Shown here in pieces: positions 18,570 through 33,708 of a stretch of 64,000 bases of DNA. Position 1 is the stretch's first letter. Every line of letters begins with the position of its first letter. Source of the stretch: the human T2T-CHM13v2.0 reference genome, Homo sapiens; NCBI RefSeq assembly GCF_009914755.1, contig NC_060947.1, one strand, 5' to 3'. The position numbers and the translations under genes are program-made. Below the pieces are notes generated by a model. That model had not been told where the DNA came from. It saw only the letters and a program-made list of their open reading frames with translations, and did no database searches.

Positions 18570-19111
18570 TTCTATTTTAGGTTCAGGGGTGCATGTGCGA
18601 ATTTTTTGTATAGGTAAATTATGTTTCACAAGAGTTTGCTATACAGATTGTCACCCAGGTAATAAGCATAGTAACCAATAGGTAGTTTTTTAATCCTCAC
18701 CTTCTTCCCACTCTCTATCCTCAAATAGACCCTTGTGCCAATTGCTCCCTTCTTTGTGTTCATGTGTACTTAATACTTAGCTCCCACTTATAAGTGAGAA
18801 CATGCTGTATTTGGATTTCTGTTCCTGCTTTGTTTAAAATAAATGACCTCCAGTTGCATCTATGTTGATGCATAGGACTTCTATGTTGATGCATAGGACA
18901 TTATCACACTCTTTTTTATGGCTGTGTACTATTCCATGGTGTACCATATTTTCTTTAGCCAGCCTACTGTTGATGGACATTTAGGTTAATTCCATGTCTT
19001 TGCTATTGTGAATAGTGCTGCAATTAACATGCATGTGTGTATGTCTTTATAATAGAATGATTTATGTTCATTTGGGTATATACCCAATGATGGGATTGCT
19101 GGGTCAAGTGG
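18570..19111 (-). mobile_element. 5'-truncated older L1PA 3' end
   Basis: Antisense L1 3' UTR motifs (ctcccacttataagtgagaacatg, gggtatatacccaatgatgggattgctggg). Confidence 0.85.
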
Positions 19112-19988
19112 AAAAAAAAAACATAAAAAAAACAGTATTGTAATTTTGGTTAGTAACTATAATTTGAATTATTCTACTTGATTTAAAAAACAAATGTATA
19201 AAAATAATTATAAATCTATGTTAATAGGTACACAATATATAAAGATGTAACTTGTGACATCAATATAATAAGGTGTGGAGGGTGGTGATAGGGGATAGAG
19301 CTATAAAGGAGTTGTCTTTTCATGTGATTAAAGTTAAGTTTATATCAATTCAAAATTGATTGTTATTAGTTTATTTTGTTATATGTGACTCCCATGGGTA
19401 ATCACAAAATATATGTATAGAATACACACACAAAAATTTTTTTTAAATGTATCTTTGCAAAAAATCAACTAGGCACAGAGGAAGACTGTAGGGAAAAAAA
19501 TGAGGGATAAAAGCACTGTAAGATACAGAAAATTAGAAATAGTTCTTTGCAGCAAGTAATTGCTTCATGTAAATAGGTGAAACTCCCTAATAATAAAGCA
19601 CAGATTGGCAGAATCAATTGAAAAAGTTACCCTACTATATGCAGACTACAAAAGATTTTCCACATATAAAGACAAGCTTAAGTTGAAATTTAAAAAAAAT
19701 GTAAAAAGATATTGCATGCAAATAGTAAACAATGGAGATCAGGGTGGTTATAGTAACATCAGATACAATAAATTTTAAGTCAAAAATTGTTTCACAAGAA
19801 AAGAAGGATTTTATGTATTGATAAAATAATCATTTCAACAAAAAGAAAAAACCAATTATAAAAATACATGCACCAAATATCACAGCCTATATATACGTAT
19901 GAAGCACACATTGATGGAGTTGAAGGGAGAACCAGACAACTGTACAATAATACTGAAATTTTAAAACTTTATTTTTAATAATGGATAG

Positions 19989-20843
19989 TGTAAACCAAAA
20001 AATGAAATTCTAAGCCTACCAACCAACAGAATGGAACCTCTTCTCAGCCAAGATGATCCCCAAAAAGCCTGAAAAGCTAGTTCAGGCCATGATAGGAAGG
20101 GAGGATCAGACATGTTTTATTATACCCTCCTCCCTTTGGAGTTTAGACACAACTGGCAAGAATTAACATTAAAGCAGCGATCTTAAGACTGACAAAATAG
20201 ATGCTTTGTTGCAATAAAACACCAAATTCCAACCTAACTGCTATAACATCACATGACAAATAGCAGGCCCTGAGGGAAATCAAAGTATTTTACCCTAAAA
20301 TATATTGCCTTGACATATTTTGAAATGGTCCTGAAAAGTTACCTCTTATGTGGGAAATTAATATTCTGTAGAGAATCTCCATCCCCTACTAGGTCTTTTC
20401 ATGATAGTCTGACACCCTTTAAGGTCTCATAAGAGACATTCACAACTATTCACTCTGAAACTTGATATCTGTAGGGTTCATCTACATGATAAGAACCTTG
20501 GCTTCCACAACACCCCCTTACCTTAACCTAATTTGACTTCAACTCTTCAGACAAAGCTTAATTCTTACAACCAATTGCCAATCAGAAAATCTCTGAATAC
20601 ACATATCATCTGGGAACCCCCATTTTGAGGTGTCCTGCTTTCTGGGCCAATCAATGTAAAACTTACATATATTGCCTGTAATTTCTCTCTCCCTAAAATG
20701 TATAAAATCCAGCAGTAAAATCAAGCACAAGTTTTCAGAACCTCCTGAGACTGTGTCAAGAGCCAACAGAAAAGCGTATTCATAAGAACGAAAAATATAC
20801 TCTAAATTTGTTGAGACCTGTCTCAGATACTTTTTGGCTTACA
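19989..20843 (+). mobile_element. MER4 (E-like) 5' LTR, ERV1
   Basis: TGTAAACCAAAAAATGAAATTCTAAGCC...TTTTTGGCTTACA termini, followed by internal sequence. Confidence 0.8.
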
Positions 20844-21842
20844 AATTAGTGACCAACAGACAGGACTCCATGGTGCTTGGTATAGCTTATATATACATAT
20901 GAATCAAACATTGCTTAGGCTTTGGCTATTTTGATTATTCAAACCAATAGGAAAATTTGCTGACATCTGGAACCTTCCCCCTCCCAGAGGATCACCAATC
21001 TCCCAAAATTTGGGAAATAACTAATGTTTATTTTGCTGTACAACTCTTTTTCTTGAGATTTACTCACTTCCAAAAAGGAAGATTTGCTTTTCCAGCTTTT
21101 AAAATGGTAGAGAGCAGTTTTCAGCCTGGGCCCCTTTCCTAGGTAAGTACCTGAGCTGGAGTTTTGTATTAAAAATTCTCCTTAATAACTAAAAGTTATG
21201 ATTTACAATAAGCTGGTCTTGATTTCTCCTTTTCATTAGAGTGCTCAGTTATAGTATAAATTGTATAATCATTTGTTTGTTTTGCTTAACTGTTTTGTGT
21301 TTATTCATTTGTTTCTGATTTCATTGTTTGTATTTTCTTGTTGTTGTTTTTTTCTTTTTCACATTGGGTTTGACCAACTGTATCCTATTTGGTTAAATCC
21401 AAAGGAGAATTCCCAATTATGAAAAACAAGACCTGTGAATTGGTTAAAACTTCAGCAGATGCAAAATGAAAAATAAAAATTAAAAAAGGCCAGCAAAAAA
21501 AAAAAAGTTAATTATTTTTGACTACTTCAGGGGTTTCATCTATATAACAAGCCACCTTTTGCTAGCCAAGACTAAACTACCTCTAGTTTTTCTTCTAGAA
21601 AGAGCAATGGCAACTGTCTCCTGCTGTAGTTCACTAGCTAAGACTTTACCCTTTTTACAATGACAGCCTGTGTATGGCTCCTAAATCAAATCCTGTCTGG
21701 TTTGGTATTTGTATTACTTTTAAAACATTATCTATTTGTCCCAGCTAAAATATGATAGAGGAACCCTGGGAGAGGGCAGAGCATGGAGTCAGAATAGAAG
21801 GCTCCACCAATTGTCTGACCCACAAGTACACCAATTTAACAA

Positions 21843-21888
<46 letters not shown>

Positions 21889-23777
21889 CTTCATAAGAAC
21901 CAAAAATCAGTTGAGCATGTATAGTACCTGGTTTTAACATCATATCACTGAAAGAGGCACTGAGGAGGTAGGAAAAAGAATCTTGAGTTATAGATGCCAT
22001 GCCTCCTCCACACGTGGCAACAGTGGCATGATGTGTAAGCATTTCTATAGGCTGGGGAGAGAATCCAGAATTTGTGAGCCATTGAACTCAGTGATTCTCT
22101 ATTATAACAGAAAACAAAACTGGACCAAACTCAGCTGACACCCAGCCATGGAGGGAGCACTTAAACCAGCCCTAGGTAGAGGTGAATTGCCCATCCCAGT
22201 GGTCAGAATTTGAGTTCCTGCAAGCTTTGCCATTATGGGGTACAGTTCTCTGGGGCCCCAAATAAACTTAAAAGGCAGTTTAGGCCACAAGGGCTGTGCC
22301 CTAGATGAGTCCTAGTGCCAAATTGGGCCCAGAGCCAGTAGACTTGGGATACACATGACCTAATATAACACCAGCTGGGGCAATAAGGGAGTGTTGGCAT
22401 CACCCCTCCCTAACCCCAGGCTGTAGAACTCATGGCTACAAAAGAGACCCCTTCCCTCTGCTTGAGGAGACAGAAGAGTGGGAAGAACTTTGTTTTGCAT
22501 CTTGGATATCTGCTCAGCCACAGTAGAAAAGGGTAACAGTCAGAGTCATAGGGCCACCTTTCCAAGCCCTAGCTCCTGGACAATATTTCTAGACACACCC
22601 CGGGTAAGAAGGATACATGCTGCTTTGAAGGGAAGGACCCAGTCTCAGCAGGATTCACCACTTGCTAACTGAAGAGCTCTTGAGCCCTGAATAATCAGAA
22701 GCAATACCCATGTATTACAGTGAGAGCCTTGGTTGAGCCTTGGGACTTGCTGGTTTCTGGTGAGAATCAGCACATTTCCAGCTGTGGTGGCTATGGAGCA
22801 AGACTCCTTCCACATGAGAAAAGCAGAAGGAAAGGCAAAGAGAACTTTGTCTTGCACCTTTGGCACCACCTAAGGTACAAGAACACCTTAGAGGCCCCAG
22901 AGCATGTAGCCCATAATGGCAAAGCTTGCAAGAACTCAAGTTTTGACTACAGGGCGGTAGAGGACCAAGCAGGCTCTTGGAGTCTCTAATTCCTGGAATT
23001 GGCTCTTGGATGGCATTTCTGGATCTGCCTTGTGCCAGAGGGGAACCTGCTGCCCTGAAGGGCACCAGGTAGCATTCATGCAAACTAACTGAAGAGGCTT
23101 TTGGCCTTAAGGAAACATTGGTGGTAGTCTGTCAGTACACCCCAGGAACTGTGGTGGTGGTGGCCATGGGGAGAGGCATCTCTGCCTTTTGAAAGTGGAA
23201 GGAAGAGTGGAAATAACTGCATGTGTATCTGTTAGGTTCAAAATTTAAAAATTACTTCAAATCCCACTAAACCCAATGTATTTTCATTGCTAAACCCCTG
23301 GTGCCTAAATTATATAAGCACCTTTCTCTCTAGGTCCAGGGACTATCGCAGAAGAGGTGGGTGTGTGAGATTATAATGGCTGATTTTGAGAGACAGAATT
23401 AATTCAGATCCTCCAAATCAAGGATGGGCAAACAAATTCCTAAAAAGCTGGAAAAATAAGGAGCTTTACCCCCTGGGTTATTACCATCAATTCAATGGAC
23501 TTTGCCCCTGGCCCCTTTCCATTCATCTCAACTATAAAAATTTTCTGCTTCCCATAGAATTAAAATAAACTTACCAAGAAGATATCCTAATACCTAGTGA
23601 TAAAGCCTTTTGGGTATAGTGTTCCCAGCTATGAGGTTTATGCAGATAAACATATACATTTTCTTAAATTAGCCACCTTAGGACAGCACAACAAAGTCTA
23701 TAAATTCCTTAGTTTAAATGGTTTTAACAACCTGCTTATGTTTATGTAGCTCAAGATTATAGTAGCTCAACACATAG
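20844..23777 (+). mobile_element. MER4-group internal sequence, split by an L1 5' UTR fragment
   Basis: Follows the LTR directly; MER4-int-like sequence at 20844-21757 and 23223-23777. Confidence 0.55.
21768..23222 (+). mobile_element. Isolated 5' UTR fragment of an old L1 (L1PB/L1M-type), with (CA)n at 21845-21886
   Basis: Begins gggagagggcagagcatggagtcagaatagaaggctccacc; internal repeated motifs typical of these UTRs. Confidence 0.65.
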
Positions 23778-23802
23778 AAGGAAATCTACAGAATGGGAGA
23801 AA

Positions 23803-26800
23803 AAAACATATCTTGTTTTATTTTACTTTGCTTTATTGAGCTCTGCAGATATTGAGATTTTTACAGATTAAAAGTTTGTAGCAACCCTGCAGCAAGAAAT
23901 TCAATTGGTTCTATATTTCCAGTAGAATGTGCTCATTTTGTGTCTTTGTGGCACATTTCAGTAATTCTGATAACATTTCAAACATTTTCAGTAATACGAT
24001 TAATATAATAGTAATATAATTACCATTATATCTGTTATTATAAGCTGTAATCAGTGCTCTTTGATGTTACTGTTGTAATTGTTTTGAGCACCACAAACTT
24101 AATCAATAAATATTGTGGGTGCTCTGATTGCTCCACCAACTGGCTATTCCTTCATTTTTCTCCCTTTCCTAAGGCCTGCCTATTTCAGGTGACATGATAA
24201 TATTGAAATTAGGTCAGTTAATAACCCTACAATGGCCTCTAGCGGTACAGGTGAAAGAAAGTGGTACATCTTTCACTTAAATCAATAGCTAGAAATGATT
24301 AAGCTTGGTGAGAAGGGCATCTCTAAAGCTGAGAGAGGACAAAACTCAGCATCTTGTGCCAAACAGTCAAGTTGTGAACGCAAAGACAAAGTTCTTGAAG
24401 AAAATTAAAAGTGCTACTTCAGTGAACTTCACACAAGCTAACATGAATAATAATAATAATAAACATTATTATTATTAATATGGAGAAAGCTTAGTAATCT
24501 GGATGGAAGATAAAATGAGTCATAATATTCCCTTAACCCAAAGGCTCATCCAGAGCAAGGCCCTAACTCTCTTCAATTCTATGAAGCTGACAGAGGTAAG
24601 GAAGCCACAGAAGAAAAGTTGGAAACTAGTAGAGCTTAGTTCATGAGTTTTAAGGAAAGAAACAACATGAAGTGCAAAGTGAAGCAGCAAGTGCTGATGT
24701 AGAAGCTGCAGCATGTTACCCGGAATATCTAGCTAAGATACTGATGAAGGTGGCTAACTAAGCTACAGATTTTCTATGTAGATAAAACAGCCTTATATTG
24801 GAAGAAGATGCCATCTAGAACTTCCATAGATAGGAAGAAGTCAATGCCTGGCTTCAAAGCTTCAAAAAAACAGGTTCACCCTCTTGTTAAGAGCTAATGC
24901 AGCTGGTGGCTTTAGGTTGAAACCAATGCTCATTTACCATCCTGAAAATCCTAGGGCCTTTAAGAATTATAGTAAATCTAGTCCACCTGTGCGGACTAAA
25001 TGCAAAAACAAAGCCTGGATGACAGCACATTTGTTTACAGCATGATATACTGAATATTTTAAGCCCATCGCAGAACGCTACTTCTTAGGGAAAAATATTT
25101 CTTCGAAAATATTATTACTCATTGACAATGTACCTGGTGACTCAAGAACTCTGATTGACATATGCCAGGAGAGTAATGTTTTCAAGCCTGCTAACACAAC
25201 ACCATTCTACAGCCCATGGATCAAGAAGTAATTTTGACTTTCAAGTCTTATTATTTAAGAAATACATTATATAAAACAAAACTACCATAGTGTATTAGTC
25301 CATTTTCACACTGTTGATAAGGACATACCCAAGAATGGGTAATTTATAAAGTAAAAGAGGTTTAATGGACTCACAGTTCCATGTGTTCTCACAATCATGG
25401 TTGAAGGTGAAAGGCATGCTTTACATGGTGGCAGTCAAAAGACAGAATGTGAACCAAGTGAAAAAGAAAACCCCTTGTGAAACCATCAGATCTCATGAGA
25501 CTTATTCTTTACCTTGAGAACAGTATGGGGGAAAACGTCGCCATAATTCAATTATCTCCCACAGTGTCTCTCCCACAACATGGGGGAATTATGGGAGCTA
25601 CAATTCAAGATGGGATTTGGATGGGGACAGAGCCAAACCATATCATTCCACCCCTGGCCCTGTCCAAATCTCATGTCCTCACATTTTAAAACCAATTACA
25701 CCTTCCCAACAGTCTCCTAAAGTCTTAACTCATTTCAAGATTGACTCAAAAGTCCACAGTCCAAAGTCTCATCTGAGACAAGAGATGTCCCTTCCACCTA
25801 TTAGCCTGTAAAACCAAAGCAAGTTAGTTACTTCCTAGATACAATGGGGATACAAGCATTGTATAGCTACACCTGTTCCAAATGGGAGAAATTGTCCAAA
25901 ACAAAAGGGCTACAGGCACCATGCAAGTCCGATATCCAATAGGTCAGTCATTCAACATTAAAGTTCCAAAATGGTCTCCTTTGACTCCATGTTTCACATC
26001 CAGGTCATGCTGATGCAAGAGTTGGGTTCCCATGGTCTTGAGCAGCTCCACCCCTGTGGCTTTGCAGGGTACAGCCCCCCTCCAAGCTGCTTTCATGGGC
26101 TGGAATTAAGTGTCTGTGGCTTTTCCAAGCGCACAGTGAAAACCATTGGTAGATCTACTATTCTGGGGTCTTGAGGATCGGGGCTTTCTTCTCACAGCTC
26201 CACTAGGCAGTGCCCCAGTGGGGACTCTGTGTGGGGGCTTGCACCCATTTCCCTTCTGCATTGCCCTAGCAGAGGTTCTCTATGAGGGCTCTACCCCTAA
26301 AGCACCTCTGCTGGGACATCCAGGCATTTCCATACATCCTGTGAAATCAAGGGAGAGGTTCCCAGACCTCAATTCTTGACTTGTATGCACCCGCAGGCTC
26401 AACACCACATGGAAGTTGCTAAGACTTGGGGCTTGCACCCTATGAAGCCATGGCCTGAGCTGTACCTTGGCCCCTTTTAGCCATGGCTAGAACAGCTGGG
26501 ACACAGGGCACCAAGTCCCTAGGCTGTACAGAACAGGGGTCCTTGGGCCCATCCTGAGAAACCATTTTATCCTCCTAGACGTCCAGGCCTGTGATGGAAG
26601 GGGCTGCCACAAAGGTCTCTGACATGCTCTGGAGACATTTCCCCTATTGTTTAGGTGATTAGCATTTGGCTCCTTGTTATTTATGCAAATTTTTGCAGCC
26701 AGCATGAATTTCTCCTCAGAAAATGGGATTTTCTTTTCTAACACATTGTCAGGCTGCAAATTTTCTGAACTTTTATGTTCCGTTTCCCTTTTAAAACTGA

Positions 26801-28490
26801 ATGCTTTTAACAGCACCCAAGTCACATCTTGAATGCTTTGCTGCTGAGAAATTTTTTTCTGCCAGATACCCTAAATCATCTCCCTCAAGTTCAAAGTTCC
26901 ACAAATCTCTAGAGCAGGGCAAAATGCTGGCAGTCTCTTTGCTAAAACAGAGCAAGAGTCACCTTTATTCCAGTGCCCAACAAGTTCCTCATCTCCATCT
27001 GAGACCACCTCAGCCTGGATTTCACTGTTCATATCATTATCAGCATTTTTGTTAAAGCCATTCAACAAGTGTCTAGGAAGTTCTAGACTTTCCCACATCT
27101 TTCTGTCTTCTTCTGAGCTCTCCAAACTGTTCCACCTCTGCCTATTACCCAGTTCCAAAGTCACTTCCACATTTTAGGGTATCTTTCCAGCAGCATCCCA
27201 CTCTACCAGTACTAATTTACTGTATTAGTCCATTTTCACACTGCTGATAAAGACATACCTGATACTGGTATAAAGAAAAAGAGGTTTAATGGAATTGCAG
27301 TTCCATGTGGCTGGGGAGGCTGCACAACCATGGCAGAAAGTGAAAGGCCCTTCTTACATGGTGGCAGACAAGAGAGAGAATGAGAACCAAGTGAAAAGGG
27401 AAATCCCTTATAAAACCATCAGATCTTGTGAGATTTATTACCATGAGAACAGCATGTGGGAAACTGCCCCCATGATTCAATTAGATCCCACTGGGCCCCT
27501 CCCACAACACATGGGAATTATGGGAGCTATAATTCAAAATGAGATTTGGGTGGGGACACAGCCAAACCATAACAGATAGTGATTCTGCTAATGTATCTGG
27601 GAGAAGTACACTGAAAGCCTTCTGGAAAGGATTCATCACTCTAGATGCCATTTGGAAAGGATTTACCATTAAGAAAATGTGTGATTCATGGGAGGAGGTC
27701 AAAATATCAACGTTAACAGGAGTTTGGAAGAAAGTGATTCCAGTCCTTATGAATGACTTTGAGGGGTTCAAGATTTTCATGGAGAAAGTCACTGCAGATG
27801 TGAGGAAAGTCAAAAGAGGACTAGAGTTAGAAGTGGAGCCTAAAGATGTGTCTGAATTGCTGAAATTGTGTGATAAAAACTTGAATGAATGAGGAGTGGC
27901 TTCTGATGGGTGAACAAAAAATGTGGTTTCTGAGATGGAATCTACTCCTGCTGAAGACACTGTGAAAATTGTGGAAATGACAACAAAGGATTTAGAATGT
28001 TACATAAATTTAGTTGATAAAGCAGCAGCAGGGTTGAAGAGAATTGACTCCAATTTTGAAAGAAGTTCTGAGGGTAAAATGCTATCAAATATCATGACAT
28101 ACTATGGAGAAATCTTTTATGAAAGGAAATGTCATTTGATGGAGCAAACTTCACCATTGTCTTATTTTAAGATATTGCCACAGGCACCCCAACCTTTGGA
28201 AATCACCGCCTTGATCAGTCAGCAGCCATCAACATCAAGGTAACACCTTTCACCACCAAAAGATTATAACTCGCTGAAGGCTCAGATGATTGTTAGCATT
28301 TTTTAGCAGTAAAGTATTTTTAATTCAGGTATGTACATTGTTTTTTATACATATGTTATTGCACATTTAATAGATTATAGTATATTATAAGCATAATTCA
28401 TATTCACTGGGAAGCCAAAAAATAAATTGTATTACTTGCTTTACTGCAGTGTTCTGAAACTGAACCCGCAATATCTTCCAGGTGTGAGTG
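23803..28490 (+). mobile_element. Full-length Tigger1 DNA transposon (degenerate pogo-like transposase), split by THE1
   Basis: Tigger1-like termini (catatcttgttttatt... and ...cccgcaatatcttccaggtgtgagtg|ta). Transposase remnants ([35 protein letters not shown]). ~2.4 kb after removing the THE1. Confidence 0.9.
25291..27574 (-). mobile_element. Full-length THE1 (MaLR) element, LTR-int-LTR
   Basis: Two ~355-bp LTRs (25291-25645, 27221-27574) both starting tgtattagtccattttcacactg; ~1.6 kb internal; TSD catag/gatag. Confidence 0.92.
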
Positions 28491-30570
28491 TATTTGAAAC
28501 CATATATGTGATAAGGAATTAGTATTCAGAACATAAGCAAGAATTCCTACAATTCATCATCAACAAGGAAAAAAATTCTAAAATAGAAAGAGGCAAAGGA
28601 CTTGAATAGACACTTCTCCAAAGACGATACACAAATTAACAAGAAGCACCTGAAAACATTCTCAGCATCACTAATAAGTCTGAAAAATTGAACAAAAACT
28701 ACAATGAAAAACAACTTTATAACCATTACAATGGCCATTAAAAGCAGAAAATGACATGTGTTGGCAAGGATATAAAGAAATTGGAAGCCTTGTAATTTAC
28801 TGATGGAAATGTGAAATGGTGCAGCCTCAGTAGAAAACAGTACAGCAGTTCCTCAAAAAGTTAAAAAGAATTATTATATGATTCAGCAATTCCACTGCTG
28901 GATATATGCCCCAAAATTTCAAAGCAGAGCTCAAACAGATAGTTGTACACCCATGATTGTAGCAGCATTATTCACAATAGGTAAAAGGTGGGGAGAAAAC
29001 CCAAATGTCCATTCATTGATTAATAGATAAGCAAATTATGCTTTGTATAATTAATGATTACTCATTCTTAAATAATTAAATATTATTACATATTTTATAA
29101 TTATTGTCTAAGAATAATAAATAGTAGTTGGTTTCTGATTCCATTCACCAATAAAAGGAACAAGGGCTCCTTGGGGAAATGGCTGATTCTAGGACTGGGA
29201 TAGAAAATATAGAAGATGAGCCTGAAGCATCTTGTAGTGCCAGAAAGTAAAAATGTGGGTAACACATACACACACACAGACACAGACACAAACACACAAA
29301 TAAGGATATACCTAAGGACGCGAGGAAAAAACTAAAAGAGCTTCCATCAATGGCCAAAGCTGAAATACCTTGTGTAAAAAAGAAAAAAATCATAAAATAC
29401 ATATCCATGTGTCCATCCTGATATTTTTAAAAAATGCTTAAATAGTGAAAAAGAGACAATTTTCTGTAAATAATAATTCCAACTAATTTATGTGGACACC
29501 CTTTTAGGAGATGTAGCACAAATCCTTACCCCTTAAGTGTAGACTACATTTGGTAACAGGCTCCTAAAGAGTAACATTATGGAAAGTGGAGGTGGGGATG
29601 AATGTAACTTTACAGTGGAGAGAACTGGCAAACACGACCTCAATTAGGTGATTAGAGTTAACATAATCAGTTATGTCATATTGATAAGATTTTCCCTCAA
29701 TATGACATGATGCAGAAGACATGTCATCTCTGTAATCTTCCTAAAACACATAAACCTGCTCTATGAGACAAACATTAGACAAATCTGAATTGAGGGACAT
29801 TCTACAAAGGGCCTAACTACTTCTCTTTAAAATCATGAAGGTCATCAAAAACAAGTAAACCAATACAGAGACACTAAACCTAAACTGAGTGACGTCTTGC
29901 TAAAATATAAAATTTAAATGGGATCCAGTGTCTCATAACAATACTCAAAATGTCCAGGATATAATGAATATAACTCATCATATGAAATATCAGAAAACCA
30001 CATCTTGAATGAGCAAAGACAGTCAACAGATGCCAACACCAAGATGACTCAGCTGTTGAAATTATCTGACAAGGATGTTAAAGCAGACATCATTAGATGC
30101 TTCAACAAGCGATTATGAACACTCTTGAAACATATGAATAATATAACATCTCAGCAAAGAAATAGAAGTTGTAAAAATAAACAAAATGAAAATTACAAAA
30201 TTGAAAAAAATAAAATAACTAACACAAAAATCTCACTGGATTGGCTCCACAGGAAAATGTAGATGGCAGGACAGAATTAGTGAACTTGAAAACGGATAAA
30301 TAGGTTGTCCTAATTGAACAACAAAGGAAAACAGACTGAAAAAAATGAAAAGAATCATAAGAGCTGTGACAATAACAAAAGATCTAACATTTATGTCATC
30401 AGAGTTACAAAAAGAAAGTTGAATAGCAGATATAATTCAATGAAAAAAATGCTGAACATTTTCAAAATTTGTCAGAAAGCTTAAACCTACAAAGCTAATG
30501 CGATTCTATGTTCTATTTTTTCATCTCCTGCTGAGTCTATAATTATTCCAAATAAAAAATTAAAAAACAT
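28491..30570 (+). mobile_element. Old L1MB and L1MC/ME fragments
   Basis: L1 3' ORF2/UTR motifs (gaatagacacttctccaaagacgatac); continuous with 23778-23802 across the Tigger1. Confidence 0.65.
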
Positions 30571-30649
30571 AAAGTGACAATCATCTCACATTCCTTTCTG
30601 CTTGTGATCACTTCCAGAGGTATAAACCTACAAAAGAGTAGCTATAATT

Positions 30650-30980
30650 TGTTAAGTTCCTACTATGTATCACATCATATTACAATTTTATCCTCATAAC
30701 AATCCTAAGAGGTGATTATGGTAATTACAGTCATAATCACATAGTGTTTTAGGGATTACTAAGTACCAGGCATTGTGCTAAGTGCTTGACAGTCATTATT
30801 ACAACAAATCATCAAAAGAATCATATAGTATATATATATACACACACACATATATATACATATATATATGTTATATATGTAGGCACTACTAATTATCTCC
30901 CTTGTACAGATGAGGAAACTGCTGAAAAATGGGATTTATTAGTTTGTTCCAGGTCACATAATATACAAGTTTCACAGAGA
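30650..30980 (-). mobile_element. MIR fragment(s) with a (TA)/(CA) tract
   Basis: MIR core motifs tacagatgaggaaactg, ccaggtcacata, ggcattgtgctaagtgct. Confidence 0.6.
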
Positions 30981-31269
30981 GGCAATCATCCAGAAAAAAA
31001 TTGATGTTTTAAAAAGGCAAATAACTTAAATTAAATCTATGATTATGTGAGAAAAAATAGGCCACTTTAGGAAAGTCTACGTTAGAGAATATCTTAGATA
31101 AAATGAGATTTAATTAATTCCTGTAAGGTTTTCATATTTTAAAGCTGTATTGGGATGTTTTATTAAAAAGCTTCAGCTAGGCTGTTAAAAGTTCTAAGTC
31201 TATGAGATAATAAACCTGACAAAGGAGTATAAGTTAATATCCATTCCTGTGCTAGTTTTGGGCAGTTTT

Positions 31270-31770
<501 letters not shown>

Positions 31771-32245
31771 CCCCTGTCCAAACTCACTCTGCTAAGAACA
31801 TAATGCTGAAATGTTCTACAAACACCATGTTATGGTAAGAGTATGCAAGTTTAATGCTTGAACATGAAATGTAAATGCTTTGAATTGGATGACATGAGTC
31901 TTGGCAAGGAAAAGCTTTTCCATTCCTCTAAGCTATAAAATAAAAATTACATCGTCATAGTGGAGAAGAGAACTCATTACAAATCATTCAGTCTTCCCTT
32001 ATCCATAGGATTCCTGACAAATTCTAGGTGATATTTTGGATAACAAAGATTATTATCTAAATATTATTACTACTTATTGCCAGTACATTCCTCAGTGAAA
32101 TATGCACATACATGCACAGATGCGAGCATGCACACACGTACAAAATATCACTTTTTATTACCTCTCTTCACCTTGAAAACTGATGGAGAAATATTAAGTG
32201 ACAAAGCACCACTGATATTGATTCCACCTGTTGGGAATCTCTCTA

Positions 32246-32674
<429 letters not shown>

Positions 32675-33042
32675 TTAAGTGTGGAATATAAAATTTAATA
32701 GAAATGTACAGTTACCTTTACCATTTTTGTCAAGTTGCTTTGTGAAATTTTTATTTCAGCACTAATCAAATAAAACTGGTAGGATAGCTTTTTTCTCATT
32801 GCCAAGTGATACATTCAAATCGGGGTACAGAATCTTTTGTGTAAGGTTTAAATTAACAGGTTCTCTATATTACAGAGGCAGTGAACTACTACTAGATAGT
32901 TAACACATGATCTACTTTTTCTTCCAAATATACCTACACTAGTAGTGACATGAAAGTGCTCAGCAGGTGTCAGAACCAGTAATATTCACTTTATATGCAC
33001 CACTTCTTGTATACATGTACAGACATATATTTATACACATCA

Positions 33043-33210
<168 letters not shown>

Positions 33211-33289
33211 TTACTGTATACCCATTTTGAGTATTTTAGAGATACAAACTTAGTTATAAAAATAACAAAATACATATATCTATATAGCA

Positions 33290-33470
33290 TTTATGTGCCA
33301 AGCATATTCCTAAGCACATAAACTAATTAATTCTTCATAATAATTTTATGAGGTAGATGCACAATTATTACATTTTGACAGGTATGAAAACAGAGATACA
33401 TAAAGTAACTTGGACAAAGTCACTCAACTAACAGGTTGCAGAATTGGGATTTGAATCCAGGCAGTTTAGA
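33290..33470 (-). mobile_element. MIR fragment
   Basis: aagtaacttggacaaagtcac...gggatttgaatccaggcagt. Confidence 0.6.
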
Positions 33471-33708
33471 ATGACTAATCATTCTGAACTATAAGTTACC
33501 ATGTATCCCAAAATGGAATTTTATTGTATATTTGTATTTCAGTATATTCCCTGGGAATATCAAAATTCTAACAAGGCCCAACAGCCACCTCTATGACGCC
33601 TCCAGGACCATATAATGATTAATTTTTTAAGACAAATATGAAGAGAACAAAGGTAAAACTTGATTTGTCACACATAGGTTCTTAACCTTAGTACAGAACT
33701 GTATGGTA

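Noticed and set aside
18860-18899. 21-bp tandem duplication in an L1 fragment (similar small ones at ~7413 and ~18369)
   Set aside because: Ordinary slippage events in neutral repeats.
27481-28243. Possible domesticated TIGD1-like transposase
   Set aside because: The Tigger1 ORF is broken by stops and by the THE1 insertion.
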